In this document: one piece after another, positions 31,080-42,092 of the stretch
Layout: every line of letters begins with the position of its first letter
Position numbering within the stretch: position 1 is the stretch's first letter
NCBI GenBank assembly: GCA_001276605.1
Contig: JXSN01000001.1
Span: 1 to 47,002 of the forward strand
Length of the DNA: 47,002 nucleotides
Source of the DNA: Achromatium sp. WMS2
GTDB taxonomy: Bacteria > Pseudomonadota > Gammaproteobacteria > Chromatiales > Chromatiaceae
Reading direction: 5' to 3'
Translations under genes and position numbers: made by a program
Notes under the pieces: generated by a model
Database searches by the model: none
What the model was told of the DNA's origin: nothing
What the model saw: the letters and a program-made list of their open reading frames with translations, nothing else

Positions 31080-32114
31080 GTGTTGGATAATCAGATAATG
31101 TTTAATTTCATCTCTAAAAGGCGTGGCCGCTCCAGGATACGTAGTCCGGGGCGCATTGACAGCAACGCGGCCAATTGGCTTAGACCTTGTTACGATGAGT
31201 TAGTCTGGAAACTGGAATTAATTGATGTTGCCAATGTATTTGACGCCGATGCTTTGTGGGATATTCGGCATACTGGAGGTAAACGTGGTTGTCAGATCGT
31301 CGAATTAGACAGCAAAAGGGCCGAGCGGCGCCTGTGCCTAGCCTTGCAAGATCATCGCAATTACAAAAGTACTCAAAACATATTTGCTTCAGGCAGTTAT
31401 CATGAAAATAGGTGTTTTACTGATATCATAATGTGCATATCTCATTTAGATTGGAATCGCGACCTAAATGAGCACGATGGCAATAACATTAAACAGGTAA
31501 TCAGCAATCTTTGTTGGCATCACATGCAAGATTTTAGGGGTAGTCTACCCCCTAAACGTCCACCTCGCTACCTAATTCGCCCCGATACCAGCGTAGCACC
31601 TAACCATGTGGTGTTTTGGTTTGGAGCTGGAATTTACCTCCCAGCCATGCATGAACACCCCAAACTGCATATTACCACTAAAATTGATAAGATGCTACAA
31701 AAAGTAATTTGGGCTTCAGGATTTTGTGCCTACGGTGTTACAGACAACAATGAACATTATGATACAGTAACCAGCATTGTACATGAATTTACTAGATCTA
31801 TGGGATTTTACTCTGACCAGTATGGAATGCTTCTGACTCCACACAACCAAGGTCCAATACCCATCGCAACCTGGCAGGCAGGTACAGGCAGTTATCTGTT
31901 CATTCGACGCTCCGATGCCAATGAACTGGTAGCTGAAACTGGAAGCAATTCCGGTTTTAAGGCCTGGTATTATCGTAAACTTGGAACCGCATGGTACTTG
32001 GGCATAAGCCCAAATCCAGAAAATACTGATCAAGAATTTTCTATAGTATTGGATTATTTACATGCAGCAAAGGACAATACTGACAGGGATAAAACCCTGC
32101 TAGGTGGCGCTTAA
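31080..32114 (+). CDS. Hypothetical protein (344 aa, Cys/His/Trp-rich, basic N-terminus)
   Basis: Long ORF with a GTG at 31080 and an ATG at 31098. No family recognised, and no TM segment or signal peptide evident. Confidence 0.55.
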   Translation: MLDNQIMFNFISKRRGRSRIRSPGRIDSNAANWLRPCYDELVWKLELIDVANVFDADALWDIRHTGGKRGCQIVELDSKRAERRLCLALQDHRNYKSTQNIFASGSYHENRCFTDIIMCISHLDWNRDLNEHDGNNIKQVISNLCWHHMQDFRGSLPPKRPPRYLIRPDTSVAPNHVVFWFGAGIYLPAMHEHPKLHITTKIDKMLQKVIWASGFCAYGVTDNNEHYDTVTSIVHEFTRSMGFYSDQYGMLLTPHNQGPIPIATWQAGTGSYLFIRRSDANELVAETGSNSGFKAWYYRKLGTAWYLGISPNPENTDQEFSIVLDYLHAAKDNTDRDKTLLGGA

Positions 32115-32118
32115 AGCT

Positions 32119-32155
32119 GTATCCAACCCAATTTCCCAACTATTGGGTTGGATAC
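32119..32155. terminator. Perfect 14-bp-stem hairpin between convergent genes
   Basis: gtatccaacccaat (32119-32132) / attgggttggatac (32142-32155) with a 9-nt loop. It starts 5 nt after the stop of the 344-aa ORF and lies 79 nt beyond the cysM stop. There is no U-tract. Confidence 0.5.
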
Positions 32156-32233
32156 GGAATGGTATGTCTGAGTTACTCACCATGATTTGGGATCAAACCT
32201 TAAGTCTACATAGTATAAATTTTTAGACTAAGC

Positions 32234-33121
32234 TTAAAATACACCTGTAGACAAATAACGATCACCGCGATCGCAGATAATACATACTACAACCGCCTGT
32301 TCTAGCTGGGGCAATATTTCTAAGGCCGCTGCCACTGCTCCGCCTGAGGATATTCCAGCACAAATACCTTCTTTTGCAGCCATCATCCGGGTAGTTTGTT
32401 CCGCTGCTTGTTGCGTTACATCAATAATACGATCTATTCTACCAGGATCGTAAATTTTGGGTAAGTATTCCGGCGGCCAGCGTCTAATCCCAGGTATGCT
32501 AGCACCCTCAGCCGGTTGTACCCCTATAATTTGTATCGATGGATTTTTAGCCTTTAAATATTGAGATACCCCCATGATAGTGCCAGTAGTTCCCATAGCA
32601 CTGATAAAATGGGTAATCTGGCCTTGGGTTTCCTGCCAAATTTCCGGTCCCGTACCCTCAAAATGCGCTCGTGGATTATCCGGATTAGAAAACTGATCCA
32701 GTATTTTACCAACTCCAGCAGCCGCCAGTTCTTTAGCCCTATCAATAGCACCTTCCATACCCGCGGCTTGAGGCGTAAGCTCGAACTCAGCACCATAAGC
32801 TCGCATAAGCGCACGGCGTTCTAAGCTCATATTTTCCGGCATAACCAGACGCATTTTATAGCCCTTAATGGCTGCCGCCATGGCCAAAGCTATGCCAGTA
32901 TTGCCACTAGTAGCCTCTATTAGGGTATCACCGGGAGATATTTCTTGGCGAGCTTCTGCATAGTGGATCATACTAAAGGCTGGGCGATCTTTTACCGAAC
33001 CTGCTGGATTGTTACCTTCAAGTTTCACCAAAAGTTGATTTTTATTGTTTTCAACAACACGCTGTAATCTTACCAGCGGAGTATTTCCAATACAGGTAGC
33101 TATAGTGGGTAAATTTTGCAT
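32234..33121 (-). CDS. cysM: Cysteine synthase B (O-acetylserine sulfhydrylase)
   Basis: 295 aa. IGNTPLVRLQR...KLEGNNPAGSVKDR (PLP lysine) and EATSGNTGIALAM are colinear with E. coli CysM. Confidence 0.88.
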   Translation of the reverse strand: MQNLPTIATCIGNTPLVRLQRVVENNKNQLLVKLEGNNPAGSVKDRPAFSMIHYAEARQEISPGDTLIEATSGNTGIALAMAAAIKGYKMRLVMPENMSLERRALMRAYGAEFELTPQAAGMEGAIDRAKELAAAGVGKILDQFSNPDNPRAHFEGTGPEIWQETQGQITHFISAMGTTGTIMGVSQYLKAKNPSIQIIGVQPAEGASIPGIRRWPPEYLPKIYDPGRIDRIIDVTQQAAEQTTRMMAAKEGICAGISSGGAVAAALEILPQLEQAVVVCIICDRGDRYLSTGVF

Positions 33122-33158
33122 GGGCGGAAATCGTTCTTTAGAGAATACCAGTAGTTCA

Positions 33159-33177
33159 ACCGCCCTAAATTAGGGCG
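33159..33177 (-). terminator. Short GC hairpin downstream of trxB
   Basis: ccgcccta-N3-tagggcgg lies 15 nt past the trxB stop. It has a weak U-tract and lies inside the cysM upstream region. Confidence 0.3.
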
Positions 33178-33191
33178 GGACTGATCCACAC

Positions 33192-34157
<966 letters not shown>

Positions 34158-34241
34158 TTAAGCAATTAAGTATTAGGAATCTTATATGGCGATTTAACAG
34201 CAATATCAGTAAAGTGCCACTACTAACGATTAAACTTGCTC

Positions 34242-34270
34242 ACAAGGTGGTCAAATAAATACCACCTTGT
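34242..34270 (-). terminator. Hairpin downstream of topA
   Basis: 10-bp stem acaaggtggt/accaccttgt with a 9-nt loop, 37 nt past the topA stop. There is no strong U-tract. Confidence 0.4.
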
Positions 34271-34306
34271 AGGAGAACAGCGTACATATACTTTCAGGGG
34301 AAAGTA

Positions 34307-36586
34307 CTAGTTGGATGAAGTAACCTCAACTTTAAAACCGCAACCCTTTTGTGGGCAAGCTTTTTCCTCAATCCCTTTTCTCTTGTTAAAACCCAAGGTC
34401 AATATCGGCCAATTACATTTGGGGCATGGCTCGGCTATAGGCTGCTTATTGACAGCATATTTGCATTTCGGGTAAGTGGCGCAAGAATAAAATACCCGCC
34501 CGCCTCTAGATTTACGCTCTAGCAAGTTTCCACCATTGCATTGAGGACATACTACTCCTGAATCCTTGGGTTTTTCCAATGGTTCCAGATATTTACACTT
34601 AGGATAACCAGAACAACCAATAAAGTTATTATAACGTCCCTGTTTAGTGATTAAAGGCGCGCCGCACTGTGGACAATCACGTCCTACCGGTGGTAACTCA
34701 ACTTCCGGCTGTGCATCTTTATCCAAATTTCTAGTGTAATCGCAACTTGGATAGCCAGTACAGCCAATAAAGCGTCCGCGTCTACCAAGACGTTTGGACA
34801 ATGTTTTACCACATTTAGGACACAGTTCTTCGGTAGCCTCCTGGGTTACCTCGCTACGACTTACGTTGCTATCAGTTAAGTTGATTTGGGATTTAAATGG
34901 GTCCCAAAATTGTGACAGCAGGGGAATCCACTCGGTCTCGCCGCGCGATATCGCATCCAGATCGTCCTCCAACTTGGCAGTAAAGGCATAGTCAACGTAC
35001 TGAGTAAAATGTTGAGTAAGAAATTTATTGACTACGTCACCTACATCAGTTGGAATAAAACGCTTACTCTCTAATTTTGCATATTCACGCTCTTGTAACG
35101 TAGAAATAATGCTGGCGTAAGTCGACGGTCGGCCAATACCATGCTCCTCCAAGGTGCGGACCAGACTTGCCTCTGTATACCGCGGCGGCGGTTCAGTAAA
35201 GTGCTGTAGAGTTCGCAGGTCGTTTAATGGCAATTTATCACCACTGTTTAGTGCTGGTAGCATCGTTTCAGTATCGTTATCCGTAGCATCATCCTGACCT
35301 TCCAAATAAACCTGCATAAAACCAGGATTAGCTACGGTAGAGCCATTGGAGCGCAAGGTATTGTCGGAACCGGCACTGAAGTCAACAGTAACAATACTCA
35401 ATATGGCCGGATTCATTTGCGATGCAATAGTTCGCTTCCAGATCAATTCATACAGTTTTAATTGATCTTTGGTCAAATGTGGAGCAACATCAGCTGGCGT
35501 TCTTAGGGCCGAGGTTGGACGAATGGCCTCATGAGCCTCTTGGGCATTTTTAGCCTTAGTTTTAAACACATTAGGCTTGGACGGTATCTCTTTAGGTCCA
35601 TAACGCTGACTGATGAAGTTGCGGATTTCGGTTACCGCATCCTGAGCTAATACCACCGAATCAGTACGCATATAGGTAATTAGGCCTACCGCATCGCTAC
35701 CAATTTCAATACCCTCGTATAGCTGTTGCGCTATCTGCATGGTACGTTTAGTGGTAAAACTAAGTTTCCGGGCGGCTTCCTGTTGCAAAGTAGAAGTAGT
35801 AAAAGGCGCCGCTGGTTGACGTTTACGCTGTTTGCGCTCGATTTTTACCACTGTCAAGTAGCCTTGAGCCGCGGTTAGGACGGTGTTCTTAGCCGCCTCA
35901 GCTTGCGCACTAGTGGTAATGCTAAACTGACTAAGACGCTTTTGATCCAGGTGAGTTAGCTTGGCAATAAAAGCCTGATCATCCCTAGTGGTATCAGCCT
36001 CTATGGTCCAATATTCACGTGTTTTAAAAGCATTTATTTCCTGTTCACGCTCAACTATCAGGCGCAGGGCTGGGCTTTGCACTCGACCAGCTGAAAGACC
36101 TTGGCGCACCTTTTTCCATAATAGCGGTGATAGATTAAATCCAACTAAATAATCTAAGGCACGTCTAGCTTGTTGGGCATTGATCAGTGCTGTAGACAAA
36201 GTTCGAGGATTATTAATGGCTTCCTGAACAGCTTTCTGGGTTATTTCGTGAAAAGCTACACGGTGTACTTGCTTATCCGAAAGTAACTTTTGGCCATTCA
36301 GCAACTCATACAGGTGCCAGGCTATGGCCTCCCCCTCTCGATCCGGGTCAGTGGCTAAGTATAGGCTTTGGGCATCTTTTAGCTTCTTGATTATGGCTTG
36401 GACGTGACGTGCGTTTCTTTCTATCTCTTGATAGTTCATACGAAAGGCATCATCAGGATCTACGGCACCAGCTTTCGGTATCAGATCGCGGACGTGGCCA
36501 TAGGAGGCAAGGACTTCAAAATCGGAGCCCAAGTATTTCTTTATAGTTTTAGCTTTTGCTGGAGATTCTACGACAACCAAATGCAT
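34307..36586 (-). CDS. topA: DNA topoisomerase I
   Basis: 759 aa with the Toprim N-terminus LVVVESPAKAKTI, the catalytic region GLITYMRTDS, and four C-terminal CxxC...CxxxxC zinc ribbons. Confidence 0.93.
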   Translation of the reverse strand: MHLVVVESPAKAKTIKKYLGSDFEVLASYGHVRDLIPKAGAVDPDDAFRMNYQEIERNARHVQAIIKKLKDAQSLYLATDPDREGEAIAWHLYELLNGQKLLSDKQVHRVAFHEITQKAVQEAINNPRTLSTALINAQQARRALDYLVGFNLSPLLWKKVRQGLSAGRVQSPALRLIVEREQEINAFKTREYWTIEADTTRDDQAFIAKLTHLDQKRLSQFSITTSAQAEAAKNTVLTAAQGYLTVVKIERKQRKRQPAAPFTTSTLQQEAARKLSFTTKRTMQIAQQLYEGIEIGSDAVGLITYMRTDSVVLAQDAVTEIRNFISQRYGPKEIPSKPNVFKTKAKNAQEAHEAIRPTSALRTPADVAPHLTKDQLKLYELIWKRTIASQMNPAILSIVTVDFSAGSDNTLRSNGSTVANPGFMQVYLEGQDDATDNDTETMLPALNSGDKLPLNDLRTLQHFTEPPPRYTEASLVRTLEEHGIGRPSTYASIISTLQEREYAKLESKRFIPTDVGDVVNKFLTQHFTQYVDYAFTAKLEDDLDAISRGETEWIPLLSQFWDPFKSQINLTDSNVSRSEVTQEATEELCPKCGKTLSKRLGRRGRFIGCTGYPSCDYTRNLDKDAQPEVELPPVGRDCPQCGAPLITKQGRYNNFIGCSGYPKCKYLEPLEKPKDSGVVCPQCNGGNLLERKSRGGRVFYSCATYPKCKYAVNKQPIAEPCPKCNWPILTLGFNKRKGIEEKACPQKGCGFKVEVTSSN

Positions 36587-36673
36587 CTTCTTTGGAACCA
36601 GGTAACTGGAGTAATGGACAATACTATAGCAATAATAGACTTAGTAATACATTGTCAAGCTCCAGCTGAGATT

Positions 36674-39463
36674 TTATTTGCGTTGCAATAGGGTGGCAAT
36701 CTGTTCCGCCGGCATCGGGCGCCCGTACAAGTATCCTTGACCATAGTCACAGTTTTCGCCTTTGAGAAACTCTTGTTGCTCCTCAGTTTCAACACCCTCC
36801 GCGACCACCTGTTTACCTAAACGGTGCGCCATGGCAATTACTGCCGAAACTAGGGCCGCATCCTGTTGATGATTGGTAACCTCTTGTACAAACGAGCAAT
36901 CTAGTTTAACCACTTGCATCGGCAGTTGGCGTAGTACACTTAGGGACGAATATCCAGTACCAAAGTCATCAATAGATAATCCAATGCCCAGTTCTGCAAA
37001 AGTTCTCAATATGGTAAGAGCCTCGTTCATATTGGTCATAATCATGCTTTCGGTAAGTTCCAAACCCAACAACTCAGGATTAACCTTGTTCTCAGCAAGT
37101 GATTTTTCAACTGTAGCCACTATATTACATTCTCTAAGCTGAGCTGCTGAAAGATTTACTGAAGTTTGAACTGGTACTAATCCAGCCTGTTGCCATTTGT
37201 CAAGTTGTCGACAGGCGGTGTTAAGAACCCAATTGCCAACGGCACCGATTAATCCAATGTTTTCCAACAGTGGTATAAAAGGCCCAATACTAATTACACC
37301 TTTTATGGGATGCTGCCAGCGGAGTAAGGCTTCGAGACCGATTAATTCGTTAGTTTTGAGATCAATCTGTGGTTGGTAAAATAATAGAAATTGCTCGTTT
37401 TCCAAGGCCTCGCGTAATTGGCGTTCTGTATCCAATTTGTTGGTTAATTGCGAGCTTAAATCTGGTCGATACAAACAAATTTGATTTAAACCCTGTTCTT
37501 TGGCATAGTGCATTGCAGTATCCGCATATTTTAGCAAGACCTCGGGATCAGATCCATCCTTAGGAAATAGGCTAATACCAATGCTAGCGGTTATATACAT
37601 AACATGCTCTTGTAGATAAAAGGGAGCACTGAATATACGCAAGATTTTTTGAGCTATGACCTCAATTACCGCATTTGTTTTTAGACATTCTAATATCAAA
37701 GTAAATTCGTCACTCCCCATACGTGCTACGGTATCATCTTTACGCACTACATCCTGCAAGCGCGCGCTGGTTTCCTGTAAGAGTTGATCACCCAAATTAT
37801 GACCTAGGGAGTCGTTGATAGTTTTGAAGCGATCCAGATCCAAAAATAGTATTGCAACGATAGTTTCAGAAAGGTTAGCGCGAGTCAGAGCTTGTGTGAG
37901 TTTATCCAAAAACAACATGCGATTAGGTAAACCAGTTAGGGCATCATGATATACCATGTGTAACATCGCTTCTTCAGTAATTTTGCGATCGGTAACATCA
38001 TCAAGCATCAGCAGAGATCCACGTTGGCCTTCCCAATCAATCTCGGTTATATGCAATCTAGCCACACCGCGTTGTTTGTGGGGACGTATGATGTCAATTT
38101 CCTTCTTGCGCTGCACCGTAGTTAAATCTAATGTGGAGCTAGATAAACTATCGATATTTTGGCCTAATAAACTGCTAGCTGCATGATTAGCAAACAAAAC
38201 TTTTCCAGCAGTGTCCGCTACTATGATACCCGTATGATGTTTCATCACCACTTCGCGTAGGCTATTGTGGCTTAGGAGTAAAGCGTGTTCCATACGCTTG
38301 TATTCAGATAAGTTTTGAGCTACACACACCCGGCTCCCAGGCAAGCCTAGGATCGGGCTTGAAGACATAAGCACTGGAATTGAAGAACCATTACGATCGA
38401 TGAAACGGCGTTCAACTTCGTGCACCTTCCCTTTGTGTTCTAAACCAAGGCAAATTTGATCGGTAACTGAGTCGACTGATAAAATTTTTTTAAACGTTTG
38501 CCCTAACAGCTCTTGTTCGCTATATCCAAGTAACGAGCATGCTGCTGGGTTAACGGCCCGAATTAAACCTTCCTGATCTATAACAAATAAGGCATTTAGC
38601 ATAGAGTCCATAATGCTGCTGACGAATTTGCGTGATACCATAGTGCGTCTCAAGCCTATGGCCATCTCGTTCATGGCCATCGCCAACATCCCTAGCTCAT
38701 CTTGGTAAATTACCGGTATTCTAGTGTCTACATCTCCAATAGTTATGCGTTTTACAGCAATAGATAGTTCATTTATCGGTTTTATGATCCTATAGTAAAT
38801 TAATAAATATAAACCGAGTGTAAATATAGATAAAGTAAGAATATCTGCTATTAGGTTGCGGTACAATGCCTTTTCAATACGTTTACGTATTTCTTGAAAA
38901 TCAGTAGTAAGCCTCAATATTCCTATAACATTATCTTGAATATAACCATGACAGGAACGGCAGGGTTCGCTTAAGGTGATTGGAAGTAAATGAGTAAATT
39001 GGCCTTGTGTAATTTCCGATATATCAACGTGTTGGCCAGCTACGGCCTTCACCAATGCCACAGGATCGATGTCTTTAGGGCGGGTTAAAGGTGTTGATTC
39101 ACGACTAAAACGCTGAGTGCCAATAAAATCATTCACTTTGTTTACAGTATCAAGATCATGCAATGCCTCATAGCCATCATTACGTAAAATTTGCACTATT
39201 TTTATTTCTGGATCTCTCCTAATACGCTCTAGCCAGTCTTTAACTAGGTGAATATTGCCAGCTAACATCAAACTTTCTAGGCTTGAAAGTATCATTCTAG
39301 CTGCCGTTTCAGCACGTTTTTGCTCTTGTCGCATTAGCAAATCTTTTTGTTCGTACATTTGCAGCAATAACGCGATACTACCTAAAATTATCAAGCTAAT
39401 CCCTATACTAAAGGACATCCAAAATCCTAGGCCGTGTTTGTTATTAAGCGCTAGTTTGTTCAT
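36674..39463 (-). CDS. Membrane sensor protein: periplasmic CXXCH domain - HAMP - 2x PAS - GGDEF (GSDEF) - EAL
   Basis: 929 aa with TM1 at aa 13-35, a periplasmic domain carrying CRSCH (aa 168-172), TM2 near aa 203-225, HAMP, and PAS segments. The GGDEF domain has HDALTGLPNR and RKDD-N5-GSDEF. The EAL domain has EALLRW, ELTES, DDFGTGYSS and EGVET. Confidence 0.88.
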   Translation of the reverse strand: MNKLALNNKHGLGFWMSFSIGISLIILGSIALLLQMYEQKDLLMRQEQKRAETAARMILSSLESLMLAGNIHLVKDWLERIRRDPEIKIVQILRNDGYEALHDLDTVNKVNDFIGTQRFSRESTPLTRPKDIDPVALVKAVAGQHVDISEITQGQFTHLLPITLSEPCRSCHGYIQDNVIGILRLTTDFQEIRKRIEKALYRNLIADILTLSIFTLGLYLLIYYRIIKPINELSIAVKRITIGDVDTRIPVIYQDELGMLAMAMNEMAIGLRRTMVSRKFVSSIMDSMLNALFVIDQEGLIRAVNPAACSLLGYSEQELLGQTFKKILSVDSVTDQICLGLEHKGKVHEVERRFIDRNGSSIPVLMSSSPILGLPGSRVCVAQNLSEYKRMEHALLLSHNSLREVVMKHHTGIIVADTAGKVLFANHAASSLLGQNIDSLSSSTLDLTTVQRKKEIDIIRPHKQRGVARLHITEIDWEGQRGSLLMLDDVTDRKITEEAMLHMVYHDALTGLPNRMLFLDKLTQALTRANLSETIVAILFLDLDRFKTINDSLGHNLGDQLLQETSARLQDVVRKDDTVARMGSDEFTLILECLKTNAVIEVIAQKILRIFSAPFYLQEHVMYITASIGISLFPKDGSDPEVLLKYADTAMHYAKEQGLNQICLYRPDLSSQLTNKLDTERQLREALENEQFLLFYQPQIDLKTNELIGLEALLRWQHPIKGVISIGPFIPLLENIGLIGAVGNWVLNTACRQLDKWQQAGLVPVQTSVNLSAAQLRECNIVATVEKSLAENKVNPELLGLELTESMIMTNMNEALTILRTFAELGIGLSIDDFGTGYSSLSVLRQLPMQVVKLDCSFVQEVTNHQQDAALVSAVIAMAHRLGKQVVAEGVETEEQQEFLKGENCDYGQGYLYGRPMPAEQIATLLQRK

Positions 39464-39585
39464 ATAGTGTGTTATGTGCAGTACTTAGCGTTGCGTACCA
39501 GCAGCAATCCTTAATTTGTATAGATTAAGCATCACATTAATACCAAAGTGTAATTTTTACTAGATGCGTAACTATTTATATATAT

Positions 39586-41628
39586 TTAGCTGCTTACTGT
39601 ACTAACATTACCATCTTGATCGCAAGTGACCCGGTTCACAATCTGCAAACATTGCGCTGTATGAGTAGGGGATATGGTAACTGGTTGCGGGTATTCTAAT
39701 TTGCATTGAGGTACCATTTGAGGACAACGCGGATGGAAGTGGCAACCCGATGGTGGATTGGCTGGTGAAGGTAAATCCCCTTCGAGGCGGATAGGCGCAG
39801 GTTTACCAGTGCTATCTATCACTGGCACCGCGGACAACAGGGCCCTGGTATAGGGATGTTGTGGATTTTCTAAAACTTCGTTGGCTAATCCATGCTCTAC
39901 AATGCGCCCTAAATACATAACCGCCACTTCATGGGCTAAATAAGCAACTACAGAAATATTATGTGTGATAAAAAGGTAAGATAGGCCCAGTTTCACCTGC
40001 AAGTCTTTTAATAAATTAAGAATTTGTGCTTGTACTGAAACATCCAAAGCACTAGTTGGTTCATCACATACAATGAGCTTAGGACTAACTGCTAAAGCCC
40101 TAGCAATACAGATGCGCTGCCGTTGCCCCCCGGAAAATTCATGCGGATAACGTTGCGCCGCAGTTTCAGTTAATCCCACCTGTTGTAACAGTTGTTGGAC
40201 CTTAAGGCGCCGCTCGTTTTTATTCTTACCTATGCCTTGGGATACAAGACCTTCGGCTACTATGTCCTCAACCAACATTCGTGGATTCATAGAAGAAAAT
40301 GGATCTTGAAAAATTATTTGCAAATTACGGCGCAACGGTCGTAATTGGGACGCGGTTAATTTGGTTAATTCCTGATCAGCAAAGGTGATAGAACCTGCGG
40401 TGGGACGAATTAATTGTAAGATAGCTTTGCCGACTGTAGTTTTTCCACAACCAGATTCACCAACCAATGCCACAGTTTGGCCGGTTTTTACCGTCAACGA
40501 CACTCCATCTACAGCTTTGACTTGACCGCGGGTAGCCTGCAATAATCCACTGCGAATTGGGAAATATACGCGCAAATCATTTACTGCTAATATCGGTTCA
40601 ACTTTAGCTTGTTTAACAACATCTTGTATCGGATTCCTAAGTGTTTGAGTTTGCTTATCCTGTTGAGACCACAGATGACAGCGCACCCCCCCATCTGCAT
40701 GTGTGCTCCAAGCTGGCAATTGCTCGTGGCATATTGTTTGCGTTAATTCGCAACGTTCAGCAAAACGACACCCCATGAATTTACTGTTTAACGGTGGTAC
40801 AATACCCCGGATTACAGCTAAAGGTTGATCGCGTTTGCTAGCATCGGGTAAGGCGGCAAATAGTTTGCGGCTGTATGGGTGAAATGGGGATTTAAAAAAT
40901 TGGTCGCAAGCTGCCTGTTCAACTATTTGTCCGGCATACATAACCGCCAAACGATCTGCTGTTTCCGCGACTACTCCTAAATCATGGGTGATAAGTAACA
41001 CCGCCATGCCTATTTCACGCTGCAAATCTTTCAATAAGCGTAACACTTGGGCTTGAATAGTTACATCCAGTGCGGTAGTCGGTTCATCGGCTATCAATAA
41101 TTGAGGCTTACCAGCTAGAGCCATGGCAATCATAATACGCTGTTTCATTCCACCAGATAACTGATGTGGATATTCGTGCAGCCGCCGTTGCGCATCCGGA
41201 ATTCCCACCGCATCCAGCAACTCTAAAACCCGCAATTTATTGTTTTTGTCACCTCGATTATCATGTAATTCTACCGCCTCGATAATTTGCTTGCCCACTG
41301 TCATTACAGGGTTAAGGGAGGTTTGGGGTTCCTGAAAGATCATAGCCATGCGTCCGCCACGCATGCGACGCATATCGCGCTCTGGAAGATCTAGTATATC
41401 TACCCCGTTTCCAAGTATTATGTTGCCTTGCACTATGCGGCCTGATGGCGGTAATAGGCGCATTAATGACAAAGCCGTCATAGATTTACCACAACCTGAT
41501 TCACCTAATAAAGCAAAAGTTTCGCCCGGTTGTAGGGTCAAGTCGACTCCGTCTACCACCCGTGCCGGTGGATTGGTCGTACTTAATTGTGTGGTTAAAT
41601 TTTTGATTTGTAATATAGGATTGGACAT
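39586..41628 (-). CDS. Fused double ABC-type ATPase of the oligopeptide/dipeptide/nickel (DppD-DppF/YejF/GsiA-like) class
   Basis: 680 aa with two Walker A sites (GESGCGKS twice) and two signatures (LSGGMKQR, FSGGQRQR). Each half is followed by an oligo_HPY-type tail (HPYSRKL / HPYTRALL) and a Cys motif. No permease or binding-protein gene is adjacent. Confidence 0.85.
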   Translation of the reverse strand: MSNPILQIKNLTTQLSTTNPPARVVDGVDLTLQPGETFALLGESGCGKSMTALSLMRLLPPSGRIVQGNIILGNGVDILDLPERDMRRMRGGRMAMIFQEPQTSLNPVMTVGKQIIEAVELHDNRGDKNNKLRVLELLDAVGIPDAQRRLHEYPHQLSGGMKQRIMIAMALAGKPQLLIADEPTTALDVTIQAQVLRLLKDLQREIGMAVLLITHDLGVVAETADRLAVMYAGQIVEQAACDQFFKSPFHPYSRKLFAALPDASKRDQPLAVIRGIVPPLNSKFMGCRFAERCELTQTICHEQLPAWSTHADGGVRCHLWSQQDKQTQTLRNPIQDVVKQAKVEPILAVNDLRVYFPIRSGLLQATRGQVKAVDGVSLTVKTGQTVALVGESGCGKTTVGKAILQLIRPTAGSITFADQELTKLTASQLRPLRRNLQIIFQDPFSSMNPRMLVEDIVAEGLVSQGIGKNKNERRLKVQQLLQQVGLTETAAQRYPHEFSGGQRQRICIARALAVSPKLIVCDEPTSALDVSVQAQILNLLKDLQVKLGLSYLFITHNISVVAYLAHEVAVMYLGRIVEHGLANEVLENPQHPYTRALLSAVPVIDSTGKPAPIRLEGDLPSPANPPSGCHFHPRCPQMVPQCKLEYPQPVTISPTHTAQCLQIVNRVTCDQDGNVSTVSS

Positions 41629-41699
41629 AATGGTCCTAATATTGGGTAAATAACTTTAAAAAATATATTTCAGCAAATAAAATTATGCAGCAATTTAAC

Positions 41700-42092
41700 T
41701 TATAGCTGTGCTACAGTATCACGGATTAATTCCAGAGACGGAGGTTTTTGAATAAAGGCATTGGCACCCAATTTTTTGCACAGTTCCCTATCGTCTGGAT
41801 TGACTGACGAGGTAATAACTATGACAGGAATCGCCTTAGTATCGGTTCTTTTTTTAATCTCTTGTAGGATATCATACCCATTAATCCCCGGCATATTCAG
41901 ATCAAGAAATATAAGGAGGTGATCGGGGCGTTTTTGCACCTCACTAAATAAAAAGTTCCAGGCATCACTGCTGCGCTTCATAACCATAATGGGATTTCTC
42001 ACCCCCATTTCACGCAGAAATATTTCGATTAAGCGAGCCTGAGCGCGATTATCCTCGACAATCAAAATATTTAGGTCGTTAAGTATATGCAT
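41700..42092 (-). CDS. Single-domain response regulator (CheY-like receiver)
   Basis: GGAGG sits 5 nt before the ATG at 42092. The protein reads MHILNDLNILIVEDN...LIFLDLNMPGINGYD...VIVITSS and has no output domain. The longer ORF to 42122 lacks an RBS. Confidence 0.88.
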   Translation of the reverse strand: MHILNDLNILIVEDNRAQARLIEIFLREMGVRNPIMVMKRSSDAWNFLFSEVQKRPDHLLIFLDLNMPGINGYDILQEIKKRTDTKAIPVIVITSSVNPDDRELCKKLGANAFIQKPPSLELIRDTVAQL

